Origin: an uncultured Candidatus Saccharibacteria bacterium | GTDB lineage: Bacteria > Patescibacteriota > Doudnabacteria > UBA920 | Assembly (NCBI GenBank): GCA_964617815.1 | Contig: CAZTXY010000001.1 | Location: forward strand, 128 to 64,127 | Direction: 5' to 3' | DNA: 64,000 nt | Part shown: positions 29,113 to 38,881 of the stretch, piece by piece | Position numbering within the stretch: the stretch's first letter is position 1 | Layout of the letters: each line of letters opens with the position of its first letter | Translations under genes and position numbers: made by a program | Notes under the pieces: generated by a model | The model's database searches: none | The model's input: the letters and a program-made list of their open reading frames with translations, nothing else | What the model was told of the DNA's origin: nothing

Positions 29113-30733
29113 TGGTTTTTGTTTTAAAATTATTTAAAAAAGTCACCACACGCTCGTCTAATTTTATATCATTTACATGGATAGGGCGTTGAAGTGTAAT
29201 ACCCTGCAACGTGCGACAACGCGAAAGTGCTACATATAATTGCCCATGCGCAAATGTTCCCGTCCCTAAATCAATATGAACTTTACTAAAAGTTTTTCCT
29301 TGACCTTTGTGAATTGTCACAGCCCAAGCCAGCTTTATTGGATATTGCGTAAATGATCCGATTACTTCGCTTTCTATTTTATTTGTTTCTGAATCAAAGA
29401 CATACTTAAAAAATTCCCAAGTGTACGGCTCAATCTGCTGTGTCGTGCCGTCTTCCAACTCTACTATTATATTATCTGCCTTATCTTCCTGTTTTTGAAA
29501 ACTTAAAATTTTTCCCATGGTCCCGTTAACCCACCGGCTTTCCATGTCATTATTAAGCAACATAACCTGTGCACCCTCGCGCAACGTTACTATCTCTTCT
29601 GTAGGCAGACGACTACCTGAAAAAGTTCCGTGAAGACGCCCGCGATATTTTTTTGCCTCTCCAAAAAGTTTGTTTAAATGTGTCTGATTAATAGCTGAGG
29701 CACGGCTATTAGTCGTAGTCAAACTGATAATAAAATCCCCTTCCTCATATTGAAAATCTGGGTTAACCTGATTGTTTAAATGTGCCAAATCCTCATCTGT
29801 CGTGCAATTATCACGAACCGCATTTAATAAATTAATAAAGACTTCATCTTTTTGACGATAGACAGTTTCCAGTTCAATTAAACGGCAATCAATTTGGTTA
29901 AACACGTGAGCATCAAAAAAATATGGCGTAGCGTATTCTCCAAATAAATTAGCACCAGAATCCTCCGAAACGGCCTCCACAGGTGGAAGCTGGTAAAGGT
30001 CGCCAATAAAAACAAGCTGGTAACCCCCAAATGGGGCGTGCGAACTGCGACCATTAAGACGCAAAAATTTATCCAAACAATCCAAAAGGTCAGAGCGCAC
30101 CATAGAAATTTCGTCTATTATTATAGTGTTTAACTTTTGCAATAATTTTCTTTTTGGCTGATATGGCTTTAGCTGTTTTACTCGTCCAACAGTAATGTCT
30201 GCCGGAAAACCGCAAAACGAATGAATTGTTTGGCCTTCGACATTTAGCGCAGCCACTCCTGTTGGCGCTAACACCACAACCTGCTTTTCTGTGGTTGCCC
30301 GAAAATAATTTAGTAACGTAGATTTTCCCGTACCAGCACGTCCAGTAATAAAAACATTGCTATTGCTGTTATTTAAAATCTGCAGTGCATTTTTTATTTG
30401 TGGATTCTGGTCCATGACTGGAATTTCATGAATAGAGCCATGGGCGATACCAGATTTCTTTTTTTTGCTAAGTGTTCGAGCTGGATTTTTGGCACCTATT
30501 TTACTAAGCCGCGAAGTAATAGCCCCCGGGTTGCGTCCGTAATGACCAACGGCCCATTCGACAAAGCCCCCGTAATCTTCGGGCATGCCTTGTTCTTTTT
30601 GCATAAACTTTTCCCAATCCTGTTTTAATTCATCCAACTCTGAATCTTTCCAAGGCTCATAAGCACGCGGAAAAGTCTTGCGAATTTCCAAAAGTTCTTC
30701 TGGTGGTGGAATGCTATGTGCCATGATATTCAA
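29105..30733 (-). CDS. Pif1-like SF1B helicase with N-terminal helical domain
   Basis: GRAGTGKS, APTGVAA, IIDEISM, GDLYQLPPV, YRQ, AWAVTIHKGQG, YVALSR. Confidence 0.92.
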   Translation of the reverse strand: MNIMAHSIPPPEELLEIRKTFPRAYEPWKDSELDELKQDWEKFMQKEQGMPEDYGGFVEWAVGHYGRNPGAITSRLSKIGAKNPARTLSKKKKSGIAHGSIHEIPVMDQNPQIKNALQILNNSNSNVFITGRAGTGKSTLLNYFRATTEKQVVVLAPTGVAALNVEGQTIHSFCGFPADITVGRVKQLKPYQPKRKLLQKLNTIIIDEISMVRSDLLDCLDKFLRLNGRSSHAPFGGYQLVFIGDLYQLPPVEAVSEDSGANLFGEYATPYFFDAHVFNQIDCRLIELETVYRQKDEVFINLLNAVRDNCTTDEDLAHLNNQVNPDFQYEEGDFIISLTTTNSRASAINQTHLNKLFGEAKKYRGRLHGTFSGSRLPTEEIVTLREGAQVMLLNNDMESRWVNGTMGKILSFQKQEDKADNIIVELEDGTTQQIEPYTWEFFKYVFDSETNKIESEVIGSFTQYPIKLAWAVTIHKGQGKTFSKVHIDLGTGTFAHGQLYVALSRCRTLQGITLQRPIHVNDIKLDERVVTFLNNFKTKTSE

Positions 30734-30817
30734 TAAAAATAAATAAGACTGCTATATATTACACTATATCAGATAAAGAAATTCTAAAGACTTTTAAATA
30801 AAATTTCTTTACATTTC

Positions 30818-30846
30818 TTGCGTATTTAAGCTAATAATTTTATACT
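30818..30846 (+). promoter_or_regulatory. Sigma70-like promoter of orphan gene
   Basis: TTGCGT-17 nt-TATACT. Confidence 0.5.
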
Positions 30847-30896
30847 GTCGCTACTCGCACACCTCGAGACACTTGGAAAATCCTGTAGGAGGGAAG

Positions 30897-31445
30897 ATGA
30901 ACACAAGCCATCAAGAAGGCGTTGTGCGGTTGCAGAGCAGGCTGGGATTGCTTGGATTTAACTACTTTCCCCCGAAAAGCGGAAGGGATGACAAGAAGCA
31001 CTGCTTTTCAAAATCTGTCGGGCCTGCCCGCCACAAGACTGCAGTCCGAATTTGGCTGAAGCTTTTCAACGAAGGCTTCGGCAGCAAAGAACGGTATGCC
31101 GCTTCTATCATTCTGGTCGGCAATGGCTGGGGAGAACTCTGGAAGTTTAAATCCTTGGCCTGGAGCAAAAATCCTGAGGGAAATCTCAAACGCTTGTTTG
31201 CTAAAGCAAAGCTAGCAAGCAAATTTCTAGGCTCCCAGATTTACTGCCCCACTTTGGGGCACGGCTTGGGAAAAGGGATGAAACCCATTCTCGTCGCAGA
31301 CAGACGGCGACACATGACCATTGCCTGGCGCTGTTGCCACGCTGGATGTCAGTCGACTTTCAGGCTTGAAAGCAAACTCTCCAATGCAATCATGGTTCAG
31401 ACCGACAAGGCCTTTCTGCTTGAACTAGCGACCACTGGCGTCTAA
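30897..31445 (+). CDS. Hypothetical basic protein (GC-richer orphan)
   Basis: ATG 30897 preceded by AGGAGG; followed by terminator; C-terminal YCP...WRCCHAGC. Confidence 0.65.
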   Translation: MNTSHQEGVVRLQSRLGLLGFNYFPPKSGRDDKKHCFSKSVGPARHKTAVRIWLKLFNEGFGSKERYAASIILVGNGWGELWKFKSLAWSKNPEGNLKRLFAKAKLASKFLGSQIYCPTLGHGLGKGMKPILVADRRRHMTIAWRCCHAGCQSTFRLESKLSNAIMVQTDKAFLLELATTGV

Positions 31446-31450
31446 CGCAA

Positions 31451-31486
31451 AGCGCCACAGCCTACCAACTGGTAGGTTGTGGCGCT
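31451..31486. terminator. Bidirectional terminator
   Basis: agcgccacagcctacca/tggtaggttgtggcgct between convergent genes. Confidence 0.8.
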
Positions 31487-31497
31487 AAAATTTTATA

Positions 31498-32211
31498 CTA
31501 ATACTTAATAAAGGTGTTTACTTTAGCCTTTGCTCTCAAATCGGCTAATAACTGATTGGAATGCTCAGATAATTTTTCTTGCTTTAAGCCTTCTTTTATC
31601 TGCTCTTTTGCTTCCTGTTCCTTACCTGCTTCTGGCGTAATGGAGTTGTCTTTCATATATTGCACGATCTCTTCGTCGGTAATGTTTACTTTATCACCGA
31701 GTATTTTTTCTACCTTCTTTTGAATTTCAATCTGATCACGTAAATCTTGGCGAGTCATCCCTTGAACCGCTAAGCTTTCGTCTAAGGTTCCCCCATTCGC
31801 CGAGAATTGATCTTCATATCGTTTTATATCTGGATCAATATCTGAATCGGTAATCACAATATTCATGTCACTTGCCGCCTTATTAACAAGCTGTTTGTTT
31901 ATCAACAATTCCAAAGCATCTTTTCCACCTTGCTTTTCAAGCTCTGAAATTACCGAAAAACGAGTAATTACATGGCCATCAACCGAAGCCACTACAACTA
32001 AATTACCGAACTTGTAAATTAATCCTGCCAAAATTAACAAGCAGCCAAGCACAATGGCGCCATTTAAAAATTTCTTTTTGTGCTTATCCCAAAAACTTCG
32101 ACTATTTAATTCCCCATTTTCTGAAACTAGAGAATTCCCCGTAACTGTTGCTAACTCACTGTCTTTTAAATTTTGTGTCTCAATTTGAGACTCATTTTGT
32201 TGTGTATCCAT
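31498..32211 (-). CDS. SurA/PrsA N-terminal-domain chaperone-like membrane protein
   Basis: TM followed by VVASVDGHVIT, LELLINKQLV, LRAKAKV; no PPIase motif. Confidence 0.8.
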   Translation of the reverse strand: MDTQQNESQIETQNLKDSELATVTGNSLVSENGELNSRSFWDKHKKKFLNGAIVLGCLLILAGLIYKFGNLVVVASVDGHVITRFSVISELEKQGGKDALELLINKQLVNKAASDMNIVITDSDIDPDIKRYEDQFSANGGTLDESLAVQGMTRQDLRDQIEIQKKVEKILGDKVNITDEEIVQYMKDNSITPEAGKEQEAKEQIKEGLKQEKLSEHSNQLLADLRAKAKVNTFIKY

Positions 32212-32255
32212 TTATAAATAATATCATATAGGCAAAAAAATGCCAAAATAATGAA

Positions 32256-32286
32256 AATGCAGGGAGCTTATTCAGCTCCCTGCATT
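32256..32286 (-). terminator. Intrinsic terminator
   Basis: aatgcagggagct/agctccctgcatt hairpin after tandem small ORFs. Confidence 0.75.
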
Positions 32287-32313
32287 AAGCGCGCGTAGTT
32301 TGCGCAAAAAAAT

Positions 32314-32562
32314 CTAGTGCGTTTCGCCCCGAAGGCGGACGACCCGAATGACGTGTGGCTTCACGTAATTCGGGTGACGATGACAGCCTGGGCAACCGAG
32401 CTGTAGTTCATACATCATGCCCATTTCTCGCTTTAGGCCTTCGGCCAAAGTAATGACTTCCTGTCTGGAGAACTCCTCAGGATCTAGCCTGGCGGTGAAC
32501 TCTCGTCCTGGCTGAAGCGCGATACTAACCCGCAAAATATCGCAAGGTGTTGCAAGTGACAT
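32314..32562 (-). CDS. Small GCPGC-motif protein (paralog B)
   Basis: 82 aa, AGGAGG SD, paralogous to neighbouring ORF. Confidence 0.75.
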   Translation of the reverse strand: MSLATPCDILRVSIALQPGREFTARLDPEEFSRQEVITLAEGLKREMGMMYELQLGCPGCHRHPNYVKPHVIRVVRLRGETH

Positions 32563-32576
32563 GGTTTCCTCCTGGC

Positions 32577-32855
32577 TTAACAGACATAGTCTGTGCCGGA
32601 TATGCTTGTGGCCACAGCCAGGTTTAAAACTTCCCGCCTGACCACCAGTACGTGATTAATCGGCTGGCCCTCATGACAACTACACCCAGGGCAACCGCCG
32701 CCGTGTTCCGTGACGCAGAACTCACGAGCAAGTTCTGCTTGCAAGCGCGCAATACGTTCAGCCGTAAACTGGTACCGCAACTCTGCGGCAAAGCTTTGGC
32801 CTTCGCGCAAAGTCCGAGCAAGAGCCATAACCCTTGCTGGCGTCATCAATTCCAT
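32577..32855 (-). CDS. Small GCPGC-motif protein (paralog A)
   Basis: 92 aa, GGGAGG SD, upstream TTGATT-17-TAGACT at 32904-32932. Confidence 0.75.
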   Translation of the reverse strand: MELMTPARVMALARTLREGQSFAAELRYQFTAERIARLQAELAREFCVTEHGGGCPGCSCHEGQPINHVLVVRREVLNLAVATSISGTDYVC

Positions 32856-32938
32856 GAGCCAACCTCCCTTCTCTCAAATGTCCTCCGTCAAAATCGATCC
32901 CAAAGTCTAGCACACTTACGTTAGTTAATCAAGGCAAA

Positions 32939-32970
32939 CTAAAACGCCTTGGCAAGCCAAGGCGTTTTAG
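32939..32970 (-). terminator. Terminator of pilus operon
   Basis: ctaaaacgccttggc-aa-gccaaggcgttttag perfect hairpin. Confidence 0.85.
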
Positions 32971-32982
32971 ACTAACTATAAT

Positions 32983-33444
32983 TTATCTAGTTACTGAAAT
33001 AGTTTCCGACAACTCTGCGCTCGGCGCAGAGACTGTGATTCTGTTAGTAGTACTATCTTTTACAATACTATACCCAGTACTGTAGTCACTACTGCTGGCA
33101 AAGTGTGCACCACTACTTGATGGATCAAACGGTAAAGTAGATAAATAATTTGGAGAAAGGCAATTTGCAATATCATACCCGCCAGAACTTGCCATATTAC
33201 TAGCAGTTGTGGGAATGTCACCGCTACTGCAAGTAAAGACACCTTTATTATCAACCATATTTTGACCAACTGCATTTAAGATTGCATTAACATTACTAAC
33301 TCGCTGTGTATTGCGACTTTGTGCAAACTGTCGCCCTGGATTTATAGCGACTAAAACTATAGTTGCTAAGATTGCGATTATGCCAATTGCGACCAAGATT
33401 TCAATCAAAGTAAATCCCTTTTGGGGAAATTTATGTGAGTTCAT
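32983..33444 (-). CDS. Type IV pilin (probable major pilin)
   Basis: KG|FTLIEILV class III signal, AINP..Q...RN.QR, LP.DP. Confidence 0.92.
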   Translation of the reverse strand: MNSHKFPQKGFTLIEILVAIGIIAILATIVLVAINPGRQFAQSRNTQRVSNVNAILNAVGQNMVDNKGVFTCSSGDIPTTASNMASSGGYDIANCLSPNYLSTLPFDPSSSGAHFASSSDYSTGYSIVKDSTTNRITVSAPSAELSETISVTR

Positions 33445-33483
33445 ATTCTTAGCTATTAATTAGTAAATACTCAGCAACTAAGA

Positions 33484-33891
33484 TTAAGGCGGCTCCGATA
33501 ATTCTTGCAAAGAAAGAATTGAGCGCTCGGCCAATAATAATTCTGTTTTTAGAACTGTGGTACTTCCTCCAACGACTGCTTTAGTAATAATATTTGTACT
33601 TTCTGGGCTTGCATTAATAGAGAGTATCGAACAAAACTCTTCTGAACCTGTATTAACATCGCAAGGTAACTGTGGCCTAAAATAATTAACTGCTAATTTT
33701 AAAGCTAGTTTTTGACAAGACAATGCCAAATTATAACTTAGATCTTTATTTTCCAAAGCAATCTGACTTGATTGTGATAAACGCAAATGCGAACTAATGC
33801 TAACAACCGCCAAAGTCAGCAAGGCTGATAAAATAATACTAGTCGTTAAGGCAATATACCCTGACTCAGACGTAAAATTATTTGAATTCAT
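33484..33891 (-). CDS. PilX-like minor pilin
   Basis: SG|YIALTT (no Glu5) plus hydrophobic helix, AxSC motif. Confidence 0.7.
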   Translation of the reverse strand: MNSNNFTSESGYIALTTSIILSALLTLAVVSISSHLRLSQSSQIALENKDLSYNLALSCQKLALKLAVNYFRPQLPCDVNTGSEEFCSILSINASPESTNIITKAVVGGSTTVLKTELLLAERSILSLQELSEPP

Positions 33892-33894
33892 ATA

Positions 33895-34359
33895 TTAATA
33901 GTAATAATCAGACTCAACCAATCTTCCATTTAATCTGTATGTAGCTCTAATATATCCAGGAGATAAAATTGTCGCTGAGTAATTAGTAAACTGCGCTTCC
34001 GAAACACTAACAAGTTGTCCGACTAGAACTACTGGCTCTTCTGTCTCGCACCAAGTTTGCATATTTCCTAAACTAAAAATACATACCCTCCCATCAAATA
34101 ACTTAATTTCTAATATGTCATCACTTTGCGCCTGTACTGGAAGTAAGATTTCATCTGCCGAATCCACGAACAAATTTAATCTGTAGTTGATAAATCTTTG
34201 TTCCTGCATAACAATAAAATTTTGCTCAATCTGATTTCCTCCAAGCACTAAACTGTAACCACTAATTACCGCAACTGACATAAGTGTAGAAAAAAGTGCT
34301 GTATACATAACAGTTTCGATTAAAGTAAAACCTTGGATAAATTGCATATTTTTCTTCAT
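33895..34359 (-). CDS. Minor pilin
   Basis: QG|FTLIETVMY prepilin motif. Confidence 0.85.
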   Translation of the reverse strand: MKKNMQFIQGFTLIETVMYTALFSTLMSVAVISGYSLVLGGNQIEQNFIVMQEQRFINYRLNLFVDSADEILLPVQAQSDDILEIKLFDGRVCIFSLGNMQTWCETEEPVVLVGQLVSVSEAQFTNYSATILSPGYIRATYRLNGRLVESDYYY

Positions 34360-35762
34360 GGCTGACCCCTTATAACTACAAAACTCGGAGTTCCTTCATT
34401 AACTCCATATAGATTTGAATTTTCGCAATCCATATCAACTAAAGTCCCAGGCAAGTCTAGACTTGATAATAAACTTGGATTATTTGAATTAGTTATATCC
34501 CATACCTGATACTCTTTATTAACATCGGACGTTCCTATAAATAAGAATTGGTGATGAGCAATCATTGCTTTTATGCTAGATCCTGTGTCTTTAGAAAAAT
34601 TAGTAAAAAAGCTTTGATCTATAACAACACTTAAACCAAATAATTCATGCTCTAAAACATTATTAAAACCCCCGACCGATCGACCAAAAAAGATACTAGT
34701 TCCTAAAACAGACAAACTCTCACCATCTTGCCTTTGCCAGCCTGGGGCTGAAAAGTTAGAAACTATAACTACTTGACTTGGATTGCTTACATTTAAGGTA
34801 CGGAGTTGTTGTTCTGTGCTTGTGGCAATAAAGGCCAAGTTGTTACTTAAAAAAATATCATTTACCACTGTGTTTGTTTCAAAACTTCCTAAAAGATTCG
34901 GATTTTGTGGATCGCTAACATCAATAACATTAAATTCTGGCCCATTGGCTTTGGTTAGTCCTAAATAAATTTTGTTCTCTGAAAACCACAAACTCCGCCC
35001 AACCCCAGCACCATTACTTACAATTACTCCTGGAATTTTATAACTACTTATTAATTGTGGTTGTGTGGGATCACTAATATTGATAATTTGAAGTTGGCTA
35101 TTTGTACTAGTATTAGCCACGTATGCAAAATTTCCTGCAACATGAACAGCCACTAACCCTGGACCCGTATTTAAAGCTGCACTAATAACAGGACTCCCCT
35201 GTATAGAAAGATCAAAAATATAAAAATCTGGCTCACTTGGTAAGTTTGAGTCTGTAGTGATATAAGCAAAACCATTTAATACATCAATGCCTGTTGGCTT
35301 ATTATTTTGAGCAAGACTTGTGCTACTAATAATTTGGGGTTGAGACCAGTCACCATTTAAAAATAAATCACACGTACTACTTCCCAAACCTGACTGCCAA
35401 TTTGTAACTACTGTTTTTCTTTCCAACTCACTCTGATTTTGCTTTAAATCTGTCCAAATCACCGTAAGTATTACTAACTTTGTCCAAGGATCAACGTCCT
35501 CTACTTTTTGTTTTACAATAAAACCATCTTTTGAATACTCTGTACTATAAACATCATAAAAATTATTGTTAGATAAAATTTGTATTTCACGGATTTTTTG
35601 AGAAATTAATTCCTGAGCAGAAGCACGGATTTGTAAATCTACAAGATTGCTGTGTATCTCTAAAATTGGAACTGTTGTTGCTGAAATACAAAATACAACT
35701 ACAGAAAATGCAATTAAAATTTCTAAAGTACTAAAACCACTCTCTGGTTTTTTCACTACCAT
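34356..35762 (-). CDS. Pilin with LVIVD-repeat beta-propeller (putative tip adhesin)
   Basis: SG|FSTLEIL; repeated GNFAYVA / LQIINISDPTQP / VIDVSDPQNP units. Confidence 0.85.
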   Translation of the reverse strand: MVVKKPESGFSTLEILIAFSVVVFCISATTVPILEIHSNLVDLQIRASAQELISQKIREIQILSNNNFYDVYSTEYSKDGFIVKQKVEDVDPWTKLVILTVIWTDLKQNQSELERKTVVTNWQSGLGSSTCDLFLNGDWSQPQIISSTSLAQNNKPTGIDVLNGFAYITTDSNLPSEPDFYIFDLSIQGSPVISAALNTGPGLVAVHVAGNFAYVANTSTNSQLQIINISDPTQPQLISSYKIPGVIVSNGAGVGRSLWFSENKIYLGLTKANGPEFNVIDVSDPQNPNLLGSFETNTVVNDIFLSNNLAFIATSTEQQLRTLNVSNPSQVVIVSNFSAPGWQRQDGESLSVLGTSIFFGRSVGGFNNVLEHELFGLSVVIDQSFFTNFSKDTGSSIKAMIAHHQFLFIGTSDVNKEYQVWDITNSNNPSLLSSLDLPGTLVDMDCENSNLYGVNEGTPSFVVIRGQP

Positions 35763-36205
35763 AAAATTCCTCCTTTGCTGTTGACTCTTAGTTCTTTTTG
35801 CCTCTGCCCTAAACTCAAATTAAAAATCACTGGCGAAACCGTCTGTCCAGTCAGCGGCAAAAAAGCTACAACCTGTGGCTCACCAGTGCTTCCAATTGTA
35901 ACGAAATCTTCCATAACTATAGTACTAGATTGATTTTGATTATACTTATTACCGGCAAAAAGAATAATTTTAGAACTTGTTAATTGCACGCCATAACCAC
36001 TCCCATTCAAATTTGCCATCGACAACGCCCTAGCATAATACAAATAATTTAAAACTAACTGAGTTTGATTCGAAAAAAGATGTCCCCGATAACCATCAAA
36101 ACTAATGACTAAACCAAGCCCAAGTAAACTTGACCACAAAGCCATTACAAAGATTATTTCAATTAAAGTAAATCCATTAGGGACGGAAGCTTTGAGTAAT
36201 GCCAT
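35756..36205 (-). CDS. Minor pilin (FimT/GspH-like)
   Basis: NG|FTLIEII; likely start MALLK at 36205 overlapping pilC end; ARALSM, VNSKG. Confidence 0.8.
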   Translation of the reverse strand: MALLKASVPNGFTLIEIIFVMALWSSLLGLGLVISFDGYRGHLFSNQTQLVLNYLYYARALSMANLNGSGYGVQLTSSKIILFAGNKYNQNQSSTIVMEDFVTIGSTGEPQVVAFLPLTGQTVSPVIFNLSLGQRQKELRVNSKGGILW

Positions 36206-37226
36206 AGATAGGAGTAATAATAGAAACAGCAATAAAACCGACAAGAAGTCCAAGACCTATTAACAACGCCGGCTCCATAAGAGTATTTACACGCTTAACC
36301 AAAGCGTCTAACTCTTGTTCATAGTAATCGGCTAAAAATAAAAATGTCTGAGAGAATTGCCCAGAAGATTCTGCAGCCTCTACCATTTGACTAAAGGTTA
36401 AAGGCCACAAACTTTTTTCTAGATACAAAGAACCTGCAACCGGTCTCCCTTCTTTAATTTCTGCTGATATTTTAAAAAGATTACTTTTATACCGGCTTGG
36501 TATTTTACTGTTTGCAACTGTTTGAAGGGCAAAAAAAATATCAGAGCTATAAATTAAACTAATACCTAACATTCGTGCTATATAACTTGTGTAATAAAAA
36601 CGGAGACAGTCACCGGCAATCCATAGATGTAATATAAAATTAAAAATAACTTTAACAGCGGGTGTTTTAATTAAAATAAATATTGCGACACCGATTAAAG
36701 CTACCAAACTCACAATTAACACTAGCCAATGTTCCGAAATTAAGTTTGTAACAAAGATAAGCATCCTTGTCGTCCAGGGTAGAGTGACATGCAAACTCGC
36801 AAACACAGGCATAATTTTGGGAAAAAGGTATCCAAGCAATAAACCACCTAACACAATAGTTGCAAAACAAATCACTGCTGGATATAAAAATATCCCGACA
36901 ATTTTTTGTTGTAAAATTTTTTGTTTTTCCAACAATCCTGCAGCATAATCTAAACACTCGACTAAATGGCCAGAGTTTTCACCAACTTCCAAAATTGCAA
37001 ACACTGTGGGGTTTACTCTCGTGCTTACTTTTTCTAAAGTTACAGATAAAAGCTCACCTCTCGCCACTGCCTTAGTTAATCTGTCAAAACTATTTTTTTG
37101 TTTGGGCTCGCTGCTTTTTGCTAAAAACTCAAGAGCCAAACCAAGGGGTAACCCAGACTTAAGCAATAACGCCAAGCGTTTGCATAAAATTACTACATGA
37201 CTTCCCCGTAACTTACCGTTGTTCAT
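36177..37226 (-). CDS. pilC: Type IV pilus platform protein (PilC/GspF)
   Basis: LLKSGLPL, GENSG.L, FLYP, AESSG, LMEP. Confidence 0.9.
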   Translation of the reverse strand: MNNGKLRGSHVVILCKRLALLLKSGLPLGLALEFLAKSSEPKQKNSFDRLTKAVARGELLSVTLEKVSTRVNPTVFAILEVGENSGHLVECLDYAAGLLEKQKILQQKIVGIFLYPAVICFATIVLGGLLLGYLFPKIMPVFASLHVTLPWTTRMLIFVTNLISEHWLVLIVSLVALIGVAIFILIKTPAVKVIFNFILHLWIAGDCLRFYYTSYIARMLGISLIYSSDIFFALQTVANSKIPSRYKSNLFKISAEIKEGRPVAGSLYLEKSLWPLTFSQMVEAAESSGQFSQTFLFLADYYEQELDALVKRVNTLMEPALLIGLGLLVGFIAVSIITPIYGITQSFRP

Positions 37227-38310
37227 ACAAAACCCTTTCCAGTTCCATTGTCGTAGTTAGGCCATCTCTAATTTTTTGTTGCCCATCACTTTGCATTGTG
37301 GTCATCCCAAAGCGTAGCGCTAATTCTTCAACCACCCCAAAAGATTGTTTTTTGGCAATGGCTTCCGCAAGTAAACCGTCAACAGCTAAAGTTTCATAGA
37401 TTCCTACTCGACCAGAAAAACCACTCAGAGAACAAATACTGCATGTATCTACTAAGCCTTGCCCAAAACAATACGAACACAACTTTCTTACTAAACGTTG
37501 GCCAACAACAAGCTTCAAAGTTGCAGCAATTAAATACGGAGCTATTCCCATATCTGCCAAACGTACAATACTACTTAGAGCATCAGTCGTATGAAGTGTC
37601 GAAAGTACTAAATGCCCTGTTAGGGCAGCCTGTATAGCCAAACTTGCAGTCTCACTATCGCGTATCTCACCGACCATAATAATATCCGGGTCCTGTCTAA
37701 GCACACTTCTTAAACCGCCAGCGAAACCAAAACCTCTGGCTGGAGAGACTGGAATTTGGCGCACTCCGCCAATTGCATATTCAACAGGGTCTTCTATAGT
37801 TATAATCGAAGACTCCGCAGTGTTTAACATTTGGAGTAGAGCGTAAAGTGTTGTGGTCTTACCGCTTCCAGTTGGTCCAGTTGCAATAATAAGTCCTGAG
37901 CGCATGTCCAGCGCAGACAAAACTCGCCGCTGATCAGACTCAGACATTCCCAACTCAAAAAGGCTTAAAGCAGTATTATCGGTACGCAAAACTCTGAGCA
38001 CAGCGTTCTCTCCATAATGTGTTGGCATGATTGATACTCGCACATCAAATTCATAATTTGGAGCAACAGAGTATCGGAAACGCCCGTCCTGAGGAAGACG
38101 ATGTTCGTCTATTCGAAGACCGGCTAAATTCTTAATCCGATTAATTACTTCTGTATGAGTGTATGTAGCTAGTGGCTCGACATCCCGAAGTAACCCATCC
38201 ACGCGCAAGCGAATACGCACACACGTATTTGTGGGATCAATATGTATGTCTGAGGCCTTATACTCCTTGGCAGTTGTGAGTAATTCTTTAACGATATCAG
38301 TTTCTTGCAT
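37213..38310 (-). CDS. Type IV pilus assembly ATPase (PilB/GspE/ComGA-like)
   Basis: ASDIHID, PQDGR, GPTGSGKTTT, TIEDPVEY, LRQDPD..MVGEIRD, TGHLVLSTLH; start MQETD at 38310. Confidence 0.93.
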   Translation of the reverse strand: MQETDIVKELLTTAKEYKASDIHIDPTNTCVRIRLRVDGLLRDVEPLATYTHTEVINRIKNLAGLRIDEHRLPQDGRFRYSVAPNYEFDVRVSIMPTHYGENAVLRVLRTDNTALSLFELGMSESDQRRVLSALDMRSGLIIATGPTGSGKTTTLYALLQMLNTAESSIITIEDPVEYAIGGVRQIPVSPARGFGFAGGLRSVLRQDPDIIMVGEIRDSETASLAIQAALTGHLVLSTLHTTDALSSIVRLADMGIAPYLIAATLKLVVGQRLVRKLCSYCFGQGLVDTCSICSLSGFSGRVGIYETLAVDGLLAEAIAKKQSFGVVEELALRFGMTTMQSDGQQKIRDGLTTTMELERVLYEQR

Positions 38311-38381
38311 GGCTAAACTATAAACCACAAGAGTTCAAATAAAGTTAAAGAAATTATCAATTTTTTCTAAAGATTTAAACA

Positions 38382-38420
38382 AAGACCCCCAACGGAAGGG
38401 AGTCTTCCGTTGGGGGTCTT
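38382..38420 (-). terminator. Intrinsic terminator
   Basis: aagacccccaacggaag/cttccgttgggggtctt. Confidence 0.85.
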
Positions 38421-38444
38421 AGCAAATTTTTAGTTTAAATTCCT

Positions 38445-38879
38445 TTATTTATGGGCTTTTTTCATTTTCAAAATTGAGGATTTATACAAATGTGGTTTAT
38501 GAGCTTTAAGTCGCACAATTTTGACACGCAGTCCCAAGGCCTTCAAATCTTGTTTCAACGTTTTTGTGTAAGCAGACTGGTCATAGCCGAGTGCTATAAT
38601 TTGCGGTTTTTCTTTGACAATATGAGTCAGATAGTTACGAAGTCCTCCAAGTAATGCACGATCAACTAATTTACAGCCTGCCACAGTGACCAATCGTTGT
38701 TTCTCATTGTAAAGCGGAAAACTGCCCTTAATTTTTTTGACATTAACATCACGCGCAATTGAAACAACTAAAAAAGGTTCTTGGGCTAGGCTTCGCGCTT
38801 GCCTAAAAAAATCCAAATGTCCTTTATGTAAAAAGTCGAATGTTCCAAAGACCATTATTTTTGATTGCTGTGATTCCAT
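38445..38879 (-). CDS. Cytidylyltransferase-family nucleotidyltransferase (RibL/FAD synthase-like)
   Basis: FGTFDFLHKGH, ARD, LGYDQ, KSS. Confidence 0.85.
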   Translation of the reverse strand: MESQQSKIMVFGTFDFLHKGHLDFFRQARSLAQEPFLVVSIARDVNVKKIKGSFPLYNEKQRLVTVAGCKLVDRALLGGLRNYLTHIVKEKPQIIALGYDQSAYTKTLKQDLKALGLRVKIVRLKAHKPHLYKSSILKMKKAHK

Positions 38880-38881
38880 AC

